A stretch of DNA of 63,965 nucleotides, filler included, from Octopus bimaculoides (GCF_001194135.2; 6 parts of 6 records of this genome joined end to end with filler, not necessarily neighbours in it); one strand, 5' to 3'; counted from the whole stretch's first letter, positions 22,866-36,527 are shown. The notes: generated from the letters alone by a model not told the origin. Numbers and translations: made by a program.

Positions 22866-25800
22866 GATATCACACCTCCCCATGTTCCCTCCCACATCCC
22901 TTTCCCAGTTTTCAGAGTTGGCACTATCAATGTAGGCACTTTGAAATGTAGGTCTAACGAGATTGTTGAGATGCTTGAACGGAGGCATGATGATGCATGT
23001 TGCATTCAAGAGGTAGGTGGAGAGGAGCTTCAGTCAGGTTCCTCACAGGCAAGACACATAGGTATAAAATCTTCTGGGAAGGTTAACAGTGACAGGGTAG
23101 GTGGCGTGGGCATACTTCTTGCAGAGAAATGGGGAGATAAGGTCATAGAGGTAGTCAGATTGGGCAACAGAGTGCTTAAGCTTAGGCTAATCTTACAGAA
23201 CAGCATAGTGACAATTATCTCTGCCTATGCCCCTCAAGCAGGCCTACCAAATGAATTGAAGGACCAATTTTATGATATTCTTCTGCAGGCTACCTCAGAG
23301 ACAAGTGACAATGACTTCCTCTTCGTGGCTAGGGATTTCAATGAGTATGTCGGACAGCAGCCTGGTATCTTCCATGGTGTGCATGGGGGCCAAGGATTTG
23401 GCTCCTGAAATGAAGAGGGAACAAGGCTACTGGAGTTCTGTGATGTAATTAACCCTTTGATCTGCAACACGAACTTCAGGAAGCCAGCCAGCCACCAGAT
23501 AACCTATCAATCAGGTGTCTGTGCTAGCCAGATCAATTATATTCTCACCAGACAGCAGGATGCATGGTTGCTCTTAAATACAAAATGCTCCCTGGTAAAG
23601 AATGTACTCCCCAGCATAGACTAGTCATTACTGACTTTAGACTCCAAGCCAGAAGGATGCCAGGAAGCAAACCAATTTGGAAAAGAAGGATTTGGAAGCT
23701 TAAGGACCCTTCATATAGTCAGAGATTTAGGGACATCCTAATTGAGAAATTCGATGAAAGGGAGGAGGAGCTACAGACATAGAGGGCAACTGGGAATTCC
23801 TGAGGGACAGCTTGCTGAGTGCCACAGACCAAATCTGTGGCTGGTGCAAAATCCCAACCAGACTTGGGGTAACATGGTGATGGAATGATGCAGTAGACAG
23901 GGACATTAGAGCTAAGAAACAGGCTTGGAAGAATGGGAGTAGCAGGAAACTGTATCAGATTGCCAGAAGGGATGCTAGGAGATACCTCTATCTAGCCAAG
24001 GGAGAAGCAGAAAAGAAGTTTGCCTATATTCAGCAATATGAGGACTAAAGAACTGAAGTTTTTCAGATTGCAAGATAGTGTGTGAGAGAAAATCATGATG
24101 TCATAGCAGAGAAATGTGTCTGTATGGATGCTAGTACACTTGCATGTAATGATTCTGCAAAGAAAGAAGCTTGGAAGTGCCATTATGAAAGACTGCTGAA
24201 TGTAGAGAATGAGTGGGAGGAGGAAAGTCTGTCACATGTTGACCCAATTGAAGGACCAGCTACCCAAATCAGCAGTTCCATGGTAGATAAAACAATTAAG
24301 AGTATGAAGACAGGAAAAGTCCCCAGCCCATCAGGAATCACCACTGAGATACTTAAAATACCTGGCAGTGTGGGTTATGTTCTAGTCACCCATATTGTAA
24401 ATCAGGTGGTTCACAAAGGAGTCATATCCAATGACTGGTGTAGAGCACCATAGTCAACTGCTACAAAGGTAAAGGTGATGCATTAGATAGAAATAATTAC
24501 AGAGATATCAAATTGCTGGATCAGGTGATGAAAATTATGGAGTCATAACCCAACTAATTAGGGAGTTAGCTTAGATGAGAAGTAGTTTGGTTTTGTGCCA
24601 GGGAGAAGCACCACTGATGCTATATTTCTGGTAAGGCAGCTGCAGGAGAAATACATAGCCAAAGATAAACCTCTGTACATAGCCTTTGTTGATTTGGAGA
24701 AAGCCTTTGACAGGGTCTCCCAATTCGTTATCTGGTGGTCAATGCAGAAACTAAGGATAGATAAATGGTTGGTGTGAGCTGTACAAGCTATGTACAGGGA
24801 TGGATGCTACCAGTAAGGTGAGGGTTGGCAACGAGTATAGTAAAGAATTCTGGGTACAAGTAGGAGTTTACCAAGGATCGGTGATCAGCCCCCTCTAGTT
24901 CATCATAGTCCTCCAGGCAATAACAAAGGAATTCAAGACAGGCTGCCCCTGGGAGCTCCTCTATGCTGATGACCTTGCTTTTATTGCTGAATCACTACCT
25001 GAATTAGAGAAGCTTCAGGTATGGAAGCAAAGTCTAGAATCAAAGGGCCTTAAAGTTAACCTAGCAAAAACCTAAGTCATAATAAGTAAGAAGGCAGACA
25101 AATCACAAATCCCTTCAGGTAGATGGCTCTGCTCAATCTGTAGAAAAGGTGTAGGTAGAAACTCCACAAGATGCACAGTGTGAGCTTTGTACACATAAAA
25201 GGTGCAGCAATATCAGAGAAAGGTTAACAGGGAAAATAGCTTTTGCGTGTGGAAGATGCACAGGTGCAATAAACATTGAAAATGGACAAAAAATAGACTC
25301 CATCAAATGGCGGGNNNNNNNNNNGGGGGGGGGGGAGCTAGAAGTAGTAGATAGCTTCCATTATCTAGGTGACTGAGTAAGTTGCGGAGGTGGATGCTCT
25401 GAATGCGTATCTGTGAGAATAAGATTAGAGTGGGCAAAGTTCAGAGAGATCCTACCCCAGCTGGCTACAAAAGGACTCTCAGAGTGTAAGGCAGATTGTT
25501 TGATTCCTGTGTACGAACAGCTATGCTGCATGGCAGTGGAACATGGACTGTGATAGGTGTGGACATGCGTAGGTTTGAAAGAAATGAAGCCGGTATGCTT
25601 TGGTGGATGTGTAATGTCAGTGTGCATGTTCAACAGAGTGTAAGCATCTTGAGAGAAAAGTTAGGCATAAGAGACATCAGATGTGGTGTACAAGAGAGAT
25701 GGCTGTGCTGGTATGGTCTCATGTGATGCATGTGGATGACGACAGCTGTGTAAAGAAGTTCCACTCTATAACTGTGGAAGGAACCTGTGGTAGACAAAGA

Positions 25801-26435
25801 CTCAAGAAGACATGGGATGACGTGGTGAAGGATGATCTTCAAACTTTGCGCCTCAGAGAGGCAATGACTAGTGACCAAGACCTTTGGCGAGGTGTTGTAC
25901 TTGCGAAAACCCGTCAAGCTAAGTGCATCCGAGCTGGTGGCATGAAAAACACCTTCTGAGCATTGGGCCTCACACAGGTAAAGTTGCTAAGTTCCTTTCA
26001 AGCATTGGGCCTCACCGAGGCAAAGTCGCTGAGTTCCTTTCAAGTGCTGGGCCTCACAGAGGCAAAGTGGTTGAGTTCCTTTCAAGTATTAGGCCTCACG
26101 AAGGCAATGACCAACACCTTTGGCATTGAGAAAAAGATCCATCAAGCCAAGCAAAATTGCAGTCGTGACAGATACTGGTGTCATGCAAATTGGCACCTGT
26201 GCCGGTGGTACGTAAAAGCACCCCACTATCATACATATGATACCCATGCCAGTGGAACATAAAAGCACCCATTAGACTCTGAGAGTGGTTGGCATTAGGA
26301 AGGGCATCCAGCCATAGAAAATCATGCCAAATTAGACTGGAGTCTGATGTAGCCTTCCAGTGTGCCAGCCTGGTCAAACCGTCCAACCCATGCCAACATA
26401 AACAACAGACATTAAATAATGATGATGATGATGAT
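22866..26435 (+). mobile_element. RTE-clade LINE, near full-length ORF (AP endonuclease + RT) with 3' UTR and (GAT)n tail, pseudogenised
   Basis: GTINVGTL...IQE...ISAYAPQ...RDFN (APE); PGRSTTDAIFLVRQLQEK...FVDLEKAFDRV...WELLYADDLAF...YLGD (RT); tail ...acattaaataatgatgatgat. Confidence 0.93.
25960..26105 (+). repeat. 42-bp tandem repeat, about 3.5 copies, in the RTE 3' UTR
   Basis: Unit gcattgggcctcacacaggtaaagttgctaagttcctttcaa with variants. Confidence 0.85.
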
Positions 26436-26547
26436 ATATATATATATAATTTGACAGGAAGGACAACAAAAGAAAGAAAGAGACCTCGATATTATGCAAA
26501 TAGAGGAATTTATCTGTAAAAATATGTGACACTTATTCAGCAGCCAT

Positions 26548-26606
26548 GATAAAACTCTGAGTTTCGGATGCCCGGATGGGAGCCCACGCCAACATCTCTT
26601 CAGTTA
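26548..26606 (-). ncRNA. Type-I hammerhead-like motif next to an N gap
   Basis: Minus strand: TAA-CTGAAGA-GATG...CATCC-GAAA-CT-CAG-AG-TT-TTATC. Canonical core, 3-bp helix III, GUU site; helix I is visible for 3 bp before the gap. Confidence 0.6.
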
Positions 26607-27002
26607 NNNNNNNNNNNNNNNNNNNNNNNNNNNNNNNNNNNNNNNNNNNNNNNNNNNNNNNNNNNNNNNNNNNNNNNNNNNNNNNNNNNNNNNNNNNNNN
26701 NNNNNNNNNNNNNNNNNNNNNNNNNNNNNNNNNNNNNNNNNNNNNNNNNNNNNNNNNNNNNNNNNNNNNNNNNNNNNNNNNNNNNNNNNNNNNNNNNNNN
26801 NNNNNNNNNNNNNNNNNNNNNNNNNNNNNNNNNNNNNNNNNNNNNNNNNNNNNNNNNNNNNNNNNNNNNNNNNNNNNNNNNNNNNNNNNNNNNNNNNNNN
26901 NNNNNNNNNNNNNNNNNNNNNNNNNNNNNNNNNNNNNNNNNNNNNNNNNNNNNNNNNNNNNNNNNNNNNNNNNNNNNNNNNNNNNNNNNNNNNNNNNNNN
27001 NN

Positions 27003-27791
27003 TAAAATTAATAATAATATCTTCAAAAATATATGTCAACACATTATCAAGGTAATCCAAATTGGTGAAATTCCAACTGAACATCTGATAAAATTTTAGC
27101 AGTTAATAAATGCTAACAAAAAGAAACGCCTATATCAAATTCAACTTAAGACATTCATTCAACCAATAGAGACGTCATTTAATAACTAATTTACTTTATA
27201 ATAATAATAAAAATAAAATCAGAAATAAAAATAAATGTATTTAAGAAAAGACATTCAATTATTGGAGACTTCAGTGAAGTCACAAATGATGAAATCCAAA
27301 TGAAAGATAAAAAATACCATACTAATTCTATATTTTTTGACAATTTGAAATCTACATAGAAAAATAATCTAAAAAAAAATAACCTAAAAAATGAGTATTT
27401 TTATATATACAATTATCGATGATGTCGCTGGGTAACTAAAGAATAAAAACTATAGCCAATATTTCTACGTTATGCTTAATAGAAACTTAGATACTTTATG
27501 TTGGAATAATTAATTACCTATTTATTTAATATATTAAACACTTTTATAGGAATTAACCTTATAATTGAAAAATTATTATAATTAATAATATATACAATTA
27601 TTGATGACTTTGCTGGATAACGAAAGAATAAAAATTACAGATAAATACCTATTTATTTATTATATTAAACCCTTATATAGAATTTAACCTTATATAAAAC
27701 TTTTTCAGATATTCAGTTTGAATTTCACCAATTTGGATTACCTTGATAATGTTGTGTTGACATATATTTTCAAAGATGTTATTGATTTTAA
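27003..27791. repeat. About 90-bp inverted repeat pair (27003-27093 / 27701-27791) enclosing AT-rich direct repeats
   Basis: aaaatatatgtcaacac...attatcaaggtaatccaaattggtgaaattc is present on both arms in opposite orientation; an internal ~185-bp duplication starts atatacaattatcgatga / atatacaattattgatga. Confidence 0.85.
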
Positions 27792-28139
27792 TAATAGTGT
27801 GTGTGTGTGTGTGTGTGTGTGCGTGTGTGAGCAACTGAAACAATTGTTGGATTTTTAAGGTGTGATCTAAACTAAAGATATGATTTTCATCATACATATT
27901 ATTTGTTGTTGTTAAATACTCTGAATTTCTTAAAATTCTACAAAAGGATTGTTGGATTTACCTGTTGTGCATGAGGATTTAGTTGGGGTTTGTATTCTAC
28001 TTACATTTACTGGTATCTGATTGTTGTAAACTTAATCTTATTCTTTTATACTGAGTGCGTAATGGATATCTGTCAGGATTTTTTAATCCAATTTTTTCTT
28101 CTACTTTATATATATATATATATATATATACACATACAC

Positions 28140-28290
28140 TGTAAAGTTGTTGGTGTTAGGAAAGGACATCCAGTCATAGAAAACACATCAACGCAGATAT
28201 TGGAGTATAGTGCAGCCCTCTGGCTTGCCAGCACCTGCTGAATGCTTGACCCATGCCAGCATGGAAAAGACATTAAATAAATGATGATGA
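28140..28290 (+). mobile_element. RTE 3' tail fragment
   Basis: ggtgttaggaaaggacatccag...acccatgccagcatggaaaagacattaaataaatgatgatgat. Confidence 0.7.
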
Positions 28291-28291
28291 T

Positions 28292-31075
28292 ATCATCAAC
28301 ATCATTTAACGTCCGTTTTCCATGCTGGCATGGGTTGGACTGTTTAGCAAGAGCTGGCCAGCTGAAGAGCTGTCCAGGCTCCATGTCTCTTTTGGTGTGG
28401 TTTCTACAGCTAGATACCCTTCCTAACACCAACCACTTTACAAAGTGTACTGGGTGCTGTCATGCAACACTGGCACAGGTGCATTTATGTGGCACCAGCA
28501 CCTACAAGCCCACAAGATTAGGAATGCTCAGTTAGAAGCCAAGCCTGTATACAAGGACAACCATGCTTTCACTTAGCTTAACATGACTTTTCAAACACAG
28601 CAAACTGCCAGGAATCTCAGTCCCCTGTCAACTCCTCTCTGAATCTGAATGTCTGTAGATCCTTTCTCACCACTTTGTCTCACGTCTTCCTGGGCCTACC
28701 TACCCCTTCCACATGTTCCCTCTACAATTAGAGATCAGCACCTCTTGATGCAATTGTCTTCATTCATACGCATTACATGGCCATACAAGTGCAGTCTTCT
28801 CTCTTGCATGCTATATCTAATGCTTCATATATCCAGTTTTTCTCTCAAATCACTTACACTCAGTGGTATATGCACACTGACATTACTGGTCCTGCAGAAC
28901 ATCCTGGTTCTATTTCTTTCAAGCCTTCGCCTGTCTTCAGTAGTCACAGCCCATATCTCACTGTCATGTAGCATAGCTACTTGTACACAGACATCATACA
29001 ATCTATTTTTCACTGTGAGGGAGAGGCCCTTCATTACTAACAGAGGCAGTCCAGCCTATCCTTATTCTTCGTCCATCCCATTCTTATTCTAGCAGCTAGG
29101 CTTTTGAAACCCCCCCCCCCACAACTAATTTGTCACCTAAGTAATAGAAACTGTCTGCTACTTCTAAGGATCACCTCTGACATTTGAGGGAGTCTATTTT
29201 CTGTACATTCCTGGTGTTTAATATACCTCTACATCTGCCACATGTAAAGACTAATTTCTCTGTTAGTCTTCCAGTGATACTGCTGCACCTCTTATATGTT
29301 TATAGCTTGCACTGGGTACACCTTATGAAGTTTCTCCTGACACCTTTACTATATATTGAGCAGGATCCCCTCCCTGAAAGGATCTGTGAGTTACCTGTTT
29401 TCCTACTTTGCTTAATTCTAAGGCCCTTTGATTCCAGTCTGTACTTCCATACCTGAAATTTCTTCTCTCGTTCTGGTAGTGATTCAGCAACAAGAACAAG
29501 GTCATCAGGATTCCTCAGTTATAGCTAGGTTGACCATGATAAATAATAGGGAGCTAAGAACCAAACCCTGGTGGACTCCTACCTTTACATTAAATTTCTT
29601 GCTATACTCACTGGCAACTTTCACCTTACTACCAGCATCCCTGTACACAGCTTGTACAGTTCTCACTAACCACTCATCTATTCCTAGCTTCCGCATTGCC
29701 CACCAGAAAAGGGAGTGGGGGACCCTGTCAAAGGCTTTCTCCATGTCAATAAAAGCCAGATACAGAGGTTCATTTTTAGCCAAGTATTTCTCCTGCAGTT
29801 GCCTTATAACATCAGCGGTGCTTCTTCCTGGCACAAACCCATCTATGCTAACTCTCTTCCTAATTAGTTGAGTTATAACCTTTTCTGCAACTTTCCTTAC
29901 CTGGTCCAGCAATTTGATGCTTATGTAATTATTTCTGACTAGGGCATCACTTTTGCCTTTGTAGCAGTTGACTACACCAATCATTGGATATGGTTCCCTC
30001 ATGGACAACTAATTAACTATACAGGTGACCAGGTCATATCCCACTCTGCCAGATATTTCAAGCATCTCAGCAGGCTTTCCCTATCTTCATATCCTTAACT
30101 GCTTTATCTACCAAGCTACTGTCAATTCAAATAGCCAGCCTCTCTGTTGGGTCCACACTAGGCAAGCTCTCCTTCTCCCATACGTTCCCTACATTTAGCA
30201 AACTTTCATAGTGGCACTTCCTAGCCTCCTTCTTTGCAGAAGCACTAACTGCTGGTGAGCCAGCATCCATGCGAACACATTTCTTTCCTACCACATCCAA
30301 TTATCTAACACACAGTCTTGCAATCCAAAACACTTCAAGCCTCTGATCCTCACATTGCAGAACATCGGCAAACTTCCTCCTTTCTGCTTCTCCCCTGGCT
30401 AAGTATACCTGTCTTCTAGCCTCCCACTTAGCTACCTGATATATTTCTTTGCTACCACCATTCTTCTAGTCCTTTCAGGCCTGTTTCTTTGTTTTAATGG
30501 CTCTGTCTACATGGTACCACCAACATGTCATCCTAGGTCTGGTTGGGATTATGCACCAACCGCAGATTTGGCCTGCCATAGACCAAATCTGCAGTCGGTG
30601 CAGTAAGTTGTCCTGCAGGAACTCCCAGTTGCTTTTTATGTTACAAGTCTGTAGTTCCTCCTCCTCCTCCTCCTCATTAAATTTCTCAATTAGGGTGTCC
30701 CTAAATCTCTGACCATTTAAAGGATCCTTAAGCTTCTAAATCCTTCTTTTCCAGATTGGTCTGCTTGTTGGAATTCTTCTTAGTCTAAAGTCACTAATGA
30801 TTAGTCTATGCTGGGGGGAAGTGGGTACATTCTTTACCAGGAAAGGTTTTTGCATTTATGAGCAACCATGTATCTCGCTGTCTGGTAAGAATGTAATCAA
30901 TCTGGCTAGTGTGGTCACCCAATAGGTTATCAGGTGAATGGTTGGCTTCCTGATGTTGGTGTTTCAGACCATTAGGTTATTCATGTCATAGAACTCCAGT
31001 AGCCTTTTTCCCCTCTTCATTTCAGGAACCAATTCCATGGCTCCCATGTACACCATGGAAGATATGCAGTAAAGT
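28292..31075 (-). mobile_element. RTE-clade LINE, 5'-truncated, pseudogenised
   Basis: ORF 29505-30008: FVPGRSTADVIRQLQEKYLAKNEPLYLAFIDMEKAFDRVPHSL...GVHQGLVLSSLLF. The 3' tail is at 28292 and the APE C-terminal part is near 31000. Confidence 0.92.
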
Positions 31076-31346
31076 TGTAAGAACAGCAGAGAAAGATTGG
31101 GCATTTACTCCTTTAAGACAGAATAAAAGTGGCTACAAAAGTTGAATCTGTAACCCTCAGATACTGGCTGAGTGCTCTACCATGAAGCTAAATGGCCCCT
31201 GACTACAACTACTGTCAATTTTAACACTAAATCATAGCTTTTCGAAAGCAACATTTTAGAGACAAACTTTAAAAGCATTGAATGTGCTTACAGACAAGAA
31301 AGTAAATTTCAAACACAGTATAACATACATACATACATACACACAC

Positions 31347-31405
<59 letters not shown>

Positions 31406-31675
31406 TACATGCATAAATATATACATATATATATACAGGGTGCAGTGAATAANNNNNNNNNNNNNNNNNNNNNNNNNNNNNNNNNNNNNNNNNNNNNNNN
31501 NNNNNNNNNNNNNNNNNNNNNNNNNNNNNNAAAATGAAAATAACATTGACATCTCATTTTTACAGATATATCAGGTAATCCCATCAGTTCTGTCCAATTT
31601 TACCTTTTTTAAAATTGAATGAAATTTAATAGTATTTTAGAATGTCTAATGGAATTAAAAAGTATTTTTATGCAT

Positions 31676-31890
31676 ATCATCATCATTGTTTAACGTCCGT
31701 TTTCCATGCTAGCATGGGTTGGACGGTTTGACTGGGGTCTGGGAAGCCAGGAGGCTGCACCAGACTCCAGTCTGATCTGGCAGTGTTTCTACAGCTGGAT
31801 GCCCTTCCTAACACCAACCACTCCGTGAGTGTAGTGCGTGCTTTTTACATGCCATCGGCACAGGGGCCAGGGGAGGCTGGCAGAGTGAAT
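31676..31890 (-). mobile_element. RTE 3' tail fragment
   Basis: catcatcatt...tttaacgtccgttttccatgctagcatgggttggacgg...ggatgcccttcctaacaccaaccac. Confidence 0.75.
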
Positions 31891-32439
31891 TGTGTCATGG
31901 TGTTGTTTCTCACAGATGGTGCTCAACTGACCCTACTATCCTGTGTAGTCAACAAAATCCAAAACAACCAATGCACATGCATAAAATAAAAAATATAAAA
32001 TTGCAACAATTTATCCATTGCACACTATGCACACAGACAGACACACACGCTTATATATACATACACGGATGTAAATATGAGATATGAACACTGCAACGTG
32101 CATCTTAAGCTACCAATCAATAAGAGATAATAGAGAAAACTCTTTAGTTCTTCTGGCATAAGACAACCTCTCCTGTTCTGATAGCACAATAACGGTATAT
32201 ACCATATATGCGTAAAGACATATACAATACCAAATTGGGTCAGTTTTCCCTGTTGGTGAGTGTGCAAAATGACACAAATCATAATAACCAGCTCAACTCA
32301 TGCCTACATGGAAAAACAAACATAAAATAATAATATAGAAGAAAGACATGGCTTTTCCAAAATCTATGCCCAAAGTACAGAAAAAGAGTTGGTATTAATG
32401 ACATGTGGTCTATTTAATGTATATTGTTTGCAAAAGATA

Positions 32440-33072
32440 TACACTGAGATCACAAGCAGGCTGACAATGAAGACTTCATATATTGCAGATGTCTTGGAGT
32501 AATTATAAGAGCTCATAAACTCAAATTAAATGCTTCCAAATGTTTGGAGGGCTGTGTATAAGTAGTTGATCACTTCTGATACCTAGGTGTCCTAATTAAT
32601 ACTGGAAAGAGTATTCTAAAAACACAAACAGAATAAGAATGGGGTAGTAAACATTCAGGATGCTATTAACTCTCTAAAAATGAAGGACAGATTGCATAGT
32701 AGTGAAAAATGGGCCACTGAATTTGAGTGGGCATGCTCTGCCTGATGTGTAATGTTATATGTAAACAATGGAGCAGAAACAAGTTTAAAGAAAAGATAGG
32801 TGCAAGAGAAACCAGATGTAATGTGGCAGATGAAAATTTGAGATGATACGGACATGTGATACATATAAAGTATTATAGGTTCGGTAAAGAAGTGCTAAGC
32901 AATTCAAGTGGAAGGAACCAGTAGCAGAGGAAGATCAAAGAAAATATGGGATGAGATGAGGCTTAGCAACAGGAATGCAATGACAAAGGACTGCCAAAGT
33001 GTGATGAGACATTGTGCTAAATAAAACCTGTTTAATCCATGTAAGCATGGAAAAAAGACATGTGATGATGAT
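32440..33072 (+). mobile_element. RTE 3' ORF/UTR fragment, decayed
   Basis: R*YGHVIH...VKKC*AIQVEGTSSRGRSKKIWDEM and tail ...gcatggaaaaaagacatgtgatgatgat. Confidence 0.6.
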
Positions 33073-35599
33073 GTATATTCCCAGATCCTTATCTGTCTCA
33101 GATCTTGAATATGCTCCAGCCAATTGAGCTTGTAAGCTTGAGACAGGTTATGTGTGAGTTTGCGCGCGTGTTAGTAATAAATTGGTGTATTTTATATTAT
33201 TCAAAAGAAAGAAAAATGAATAAGTTTCATTTCCGCTCATTTATTAAGAGAGGTATAGAGAAGTGGGGATAATGATGTTGAACAAACACTCCCAAAGTCA
33301 AGTAGTCTCATTTTTATTGTTGGCACAACTACTTTCGGGCTTTGGGATAAATCTATGTGAATGGTAATCTTATAACTTATTTGATCGGCGGGAGACGTGT
33401 GTGTGTGTGTGCGTGTATAGATGTCATAACAATACTAAAAACAAGGTACAGTATGTGTAAGAAGAGAAAAACTTCTTTCCTTATATTAACGAATTATTAA
33501 AAATTCTAAAATAGGTTACAAATCAGCAGATTTATAAGCAAATATCCATACGAGCAAACACAGGTGAGTGTATGCATAAGGTCTCCATAGAAAGGAGATT
33601 GATCCACCCTTTGATATTTTACGGCATGAATAAGTGGCTTTATTTGACCAAATAAAAGAATGACGGAGACAAACACACTAACACAAATATTTCGGATTGC
33701 AAGTGGACACCAGGAACTACCCTGACAACAGGACAGGCTGGTGATTGGGAGTTCAAACTGCTTTCCCTCTATCTATCTATCTACATAGATAGATAGACAG
33801 ACAGCGAGACAGATTGAAAGATGGAGATATATGAGAGGTGTGGGTGTAGTGTATGTAAGCAGAAGCTTGACTAGTTTCCCCGTTTCATTTTGCCAATCTT
33901 CAATAGTTTTATATTTCCGCTTCAACACTAACTCCAAGGCCTTAAGTTGACAAAAAGAAAAACGACTATGAAAAATATAAGCAATAAAAGTAAATAAACA
34001 AACAACGGAGTATGTTCGAACAACACAACTCGCATTCACTTCTAAAAATCTCAAATACAAATAACCATCACTATTACTACTAGTTAGTGCTATATTTATT
34101 ACCACTAACCATTGTATAAAAAGTAATAACGGAGATGGCTGAGGCAGAGCGACCAACCAAAAGCAACCCAGTTATTTCATGTAGTCCCTATCCGTCGTAA
34201 GTTCGAATTATCCTGAGACTAAGTTTGCCTTATCAAATTAGTCGATTCGTTATTGTTCCAAACTAAATAGGAGAGACTTAAAAAAATGCAGAAATATGAA
34301 ATATCACTTATTAACTATAGAACGGACTCGTCTTCAATATAACGTGTTTGAAGAAAAGCTGCCCACCCCATGTCATATATATATATACACATACATACAT
34401 ACAAATACATACATACATAATCATACGGAAACAAACTCGTCTCCGTGAGTGTGTATCTATACGGATTTATATCTTAATAGACAAATATCTAGATAGATAA
34501 CAGCAAGTCAACACAACTGGAGGAGAATGTAAACGGCTAGTTTAATGACAGTATGCGATGCTAGAAATAAGAGCTAAATCATATCATGTTAGATACCTCT
34601 AAAAAGAGGGGATAGTCATGGCTGGAACGGTTTTGATACTATAACCGCTCATTCAGGGCTGACTTGAAGCTGAACAACTATAATTTAGTAGGGGTGCACA
34701 CTGCCAATAATGAATATTGCTGAAATCGTACATAATAATAAAAAAAAGAGATATTAAACTAATTAAATATAGTCCGCTCCGGATACAGTCGCGCCCAAAT
34801 GATTATATTTTTTAATTCCCAAACATGTGTTACACTGCCAGTGGAATGCGATTATAGATGAAGTTTTATTATAAGAGAGAATGATAAAAAAAAATAGTAA
34901 GAAATGTTTACGAGGAGACGGGTGGAATTAATGAAGCCGTGACTGTAAGAGGAGTGGTTATATTATATCGGGTAGACGACTATAACGTAATAGTGGTGGT
35001 GAAAGTGTAGTTAGTGGAGAATTCTAACAGAAATAGGAGCAATATCACAATAAATCACAACAAAACAGCAGCTTGGCAGGGAATATCAAATAGACAGACC
35101 ACAAGTTGCAAAGTAATGGCGAAATTGTGTGTATATGTGTGTGTATGTATATGTATATACACATACTCACGCTGGTAAGTATACATACATATATCATGAG
35201 CGTATAGAAACACAAGACAAGTGAAGTTATATATATATCTATATCTATATATACATGTGTGTGTATATATGTGTGTGTGTGTACACACACTAACGTCTAA
35301 ATACACTTTCGTGGAAAAATTTTTACAAAGGAAGAAAAAGCTCAATTATTGAGTTATTTCAGGAACAAGAGTTTCGGGTCAAAACGCTTTACATCCCTTA
35401 ATAGCTCCTACAGTAAACTCAGGTAGCATATATACACACACTCAAACAATATAGATAGAATATATTCCAGATACAATTTACAAATACATAATAAATATGC
35501 GAATATACATTCACCTGGGAAGTAATAATATACACATACATATATGTTTACCTGCCAAATATGTATAAAATACAAAGAGATGCAATCAAACTGTGTGTG

Positions 35600-35600
35600 G

Positions 35601-35656
<56 letters not shown>

Positions 35657-36047
35657 NNNNNNNNNNNNNNNNNNNNNNNNNNNNNNNNNNNNNNNNNNNN
35701 NNNNNNNNNNNNNNNNNNNNNNNNNNNNNNNNNNNNNNNNNNNNNNNNNNNNNNNNNNNNNNNNNNNNNNNNNNNNNNNNNNNNNNNNNNNNNNNNNNNN
35801 NNNNNNNNNNNNNNNNNNNNNNNNNNNNNNNNNNNNNNNNNNNNNNNNNNNNNNNNNNNNNNNNNNNNNNNNNNNNNNNNNNNNNNNNNNNNNNNNNNNN
35901 NNNNNNNNNNNNNNNNNNNNNNNNNNNNNNNNNNNNNNNNNNNNNCAAACATATATATATATAATATATATACACAAACATATATATATATAATATATAT
36001 ATATATACACAAACATATATATATAATATATATATATATACACAAAC

Positions 36048-36081
<34 letters not shown>

Positions 36082-36527
36082 ATATATATATATATATAAA
36101 ATATATACATATATATAAAATATATATATAAACACATTTATATATACACACATATATAAATATATACATACACACACATTTATATACACATGTATATATA
36201 TGCACACATATATACGCATATATGCACACATATACACACACACATATATATACACACACATATATATATACGCATATATATACACATATATACACACACA
36301 TATATACCTATATATATATATATATACAGATATATACACATACATATATATATATACTCATATATACATATATATATGCATATATATACACATATATATA
36401 CTTATATATATACTCATATATAAGTATATATATATACACATATATATACATACATATACTTAAATATACATAAATACACATATATACATATACATAATAT
36501 ATATATACATAAATACATATATACATA
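35600..36527. repeat. Long (TA)/(CA)/(TACA) low-complexity block (includes an N gap)
   Basis: Direct reading. Confidence 0.95.

Noticed and set aside
25960-26105. CRISPR-like array (also the 24-, 22- and 16-bp arrays)
   Set aside because: The units are head-to-tail with no unique spacers, there are no cas genes, and the context is eukaryotic.
33773-34156. 127-aa minus-strand ORF
   Set aside because: Non-ATG start in a decayed SINE-like region, ends in a (TCTA) repeat, and has no recognisable domain or splice support.
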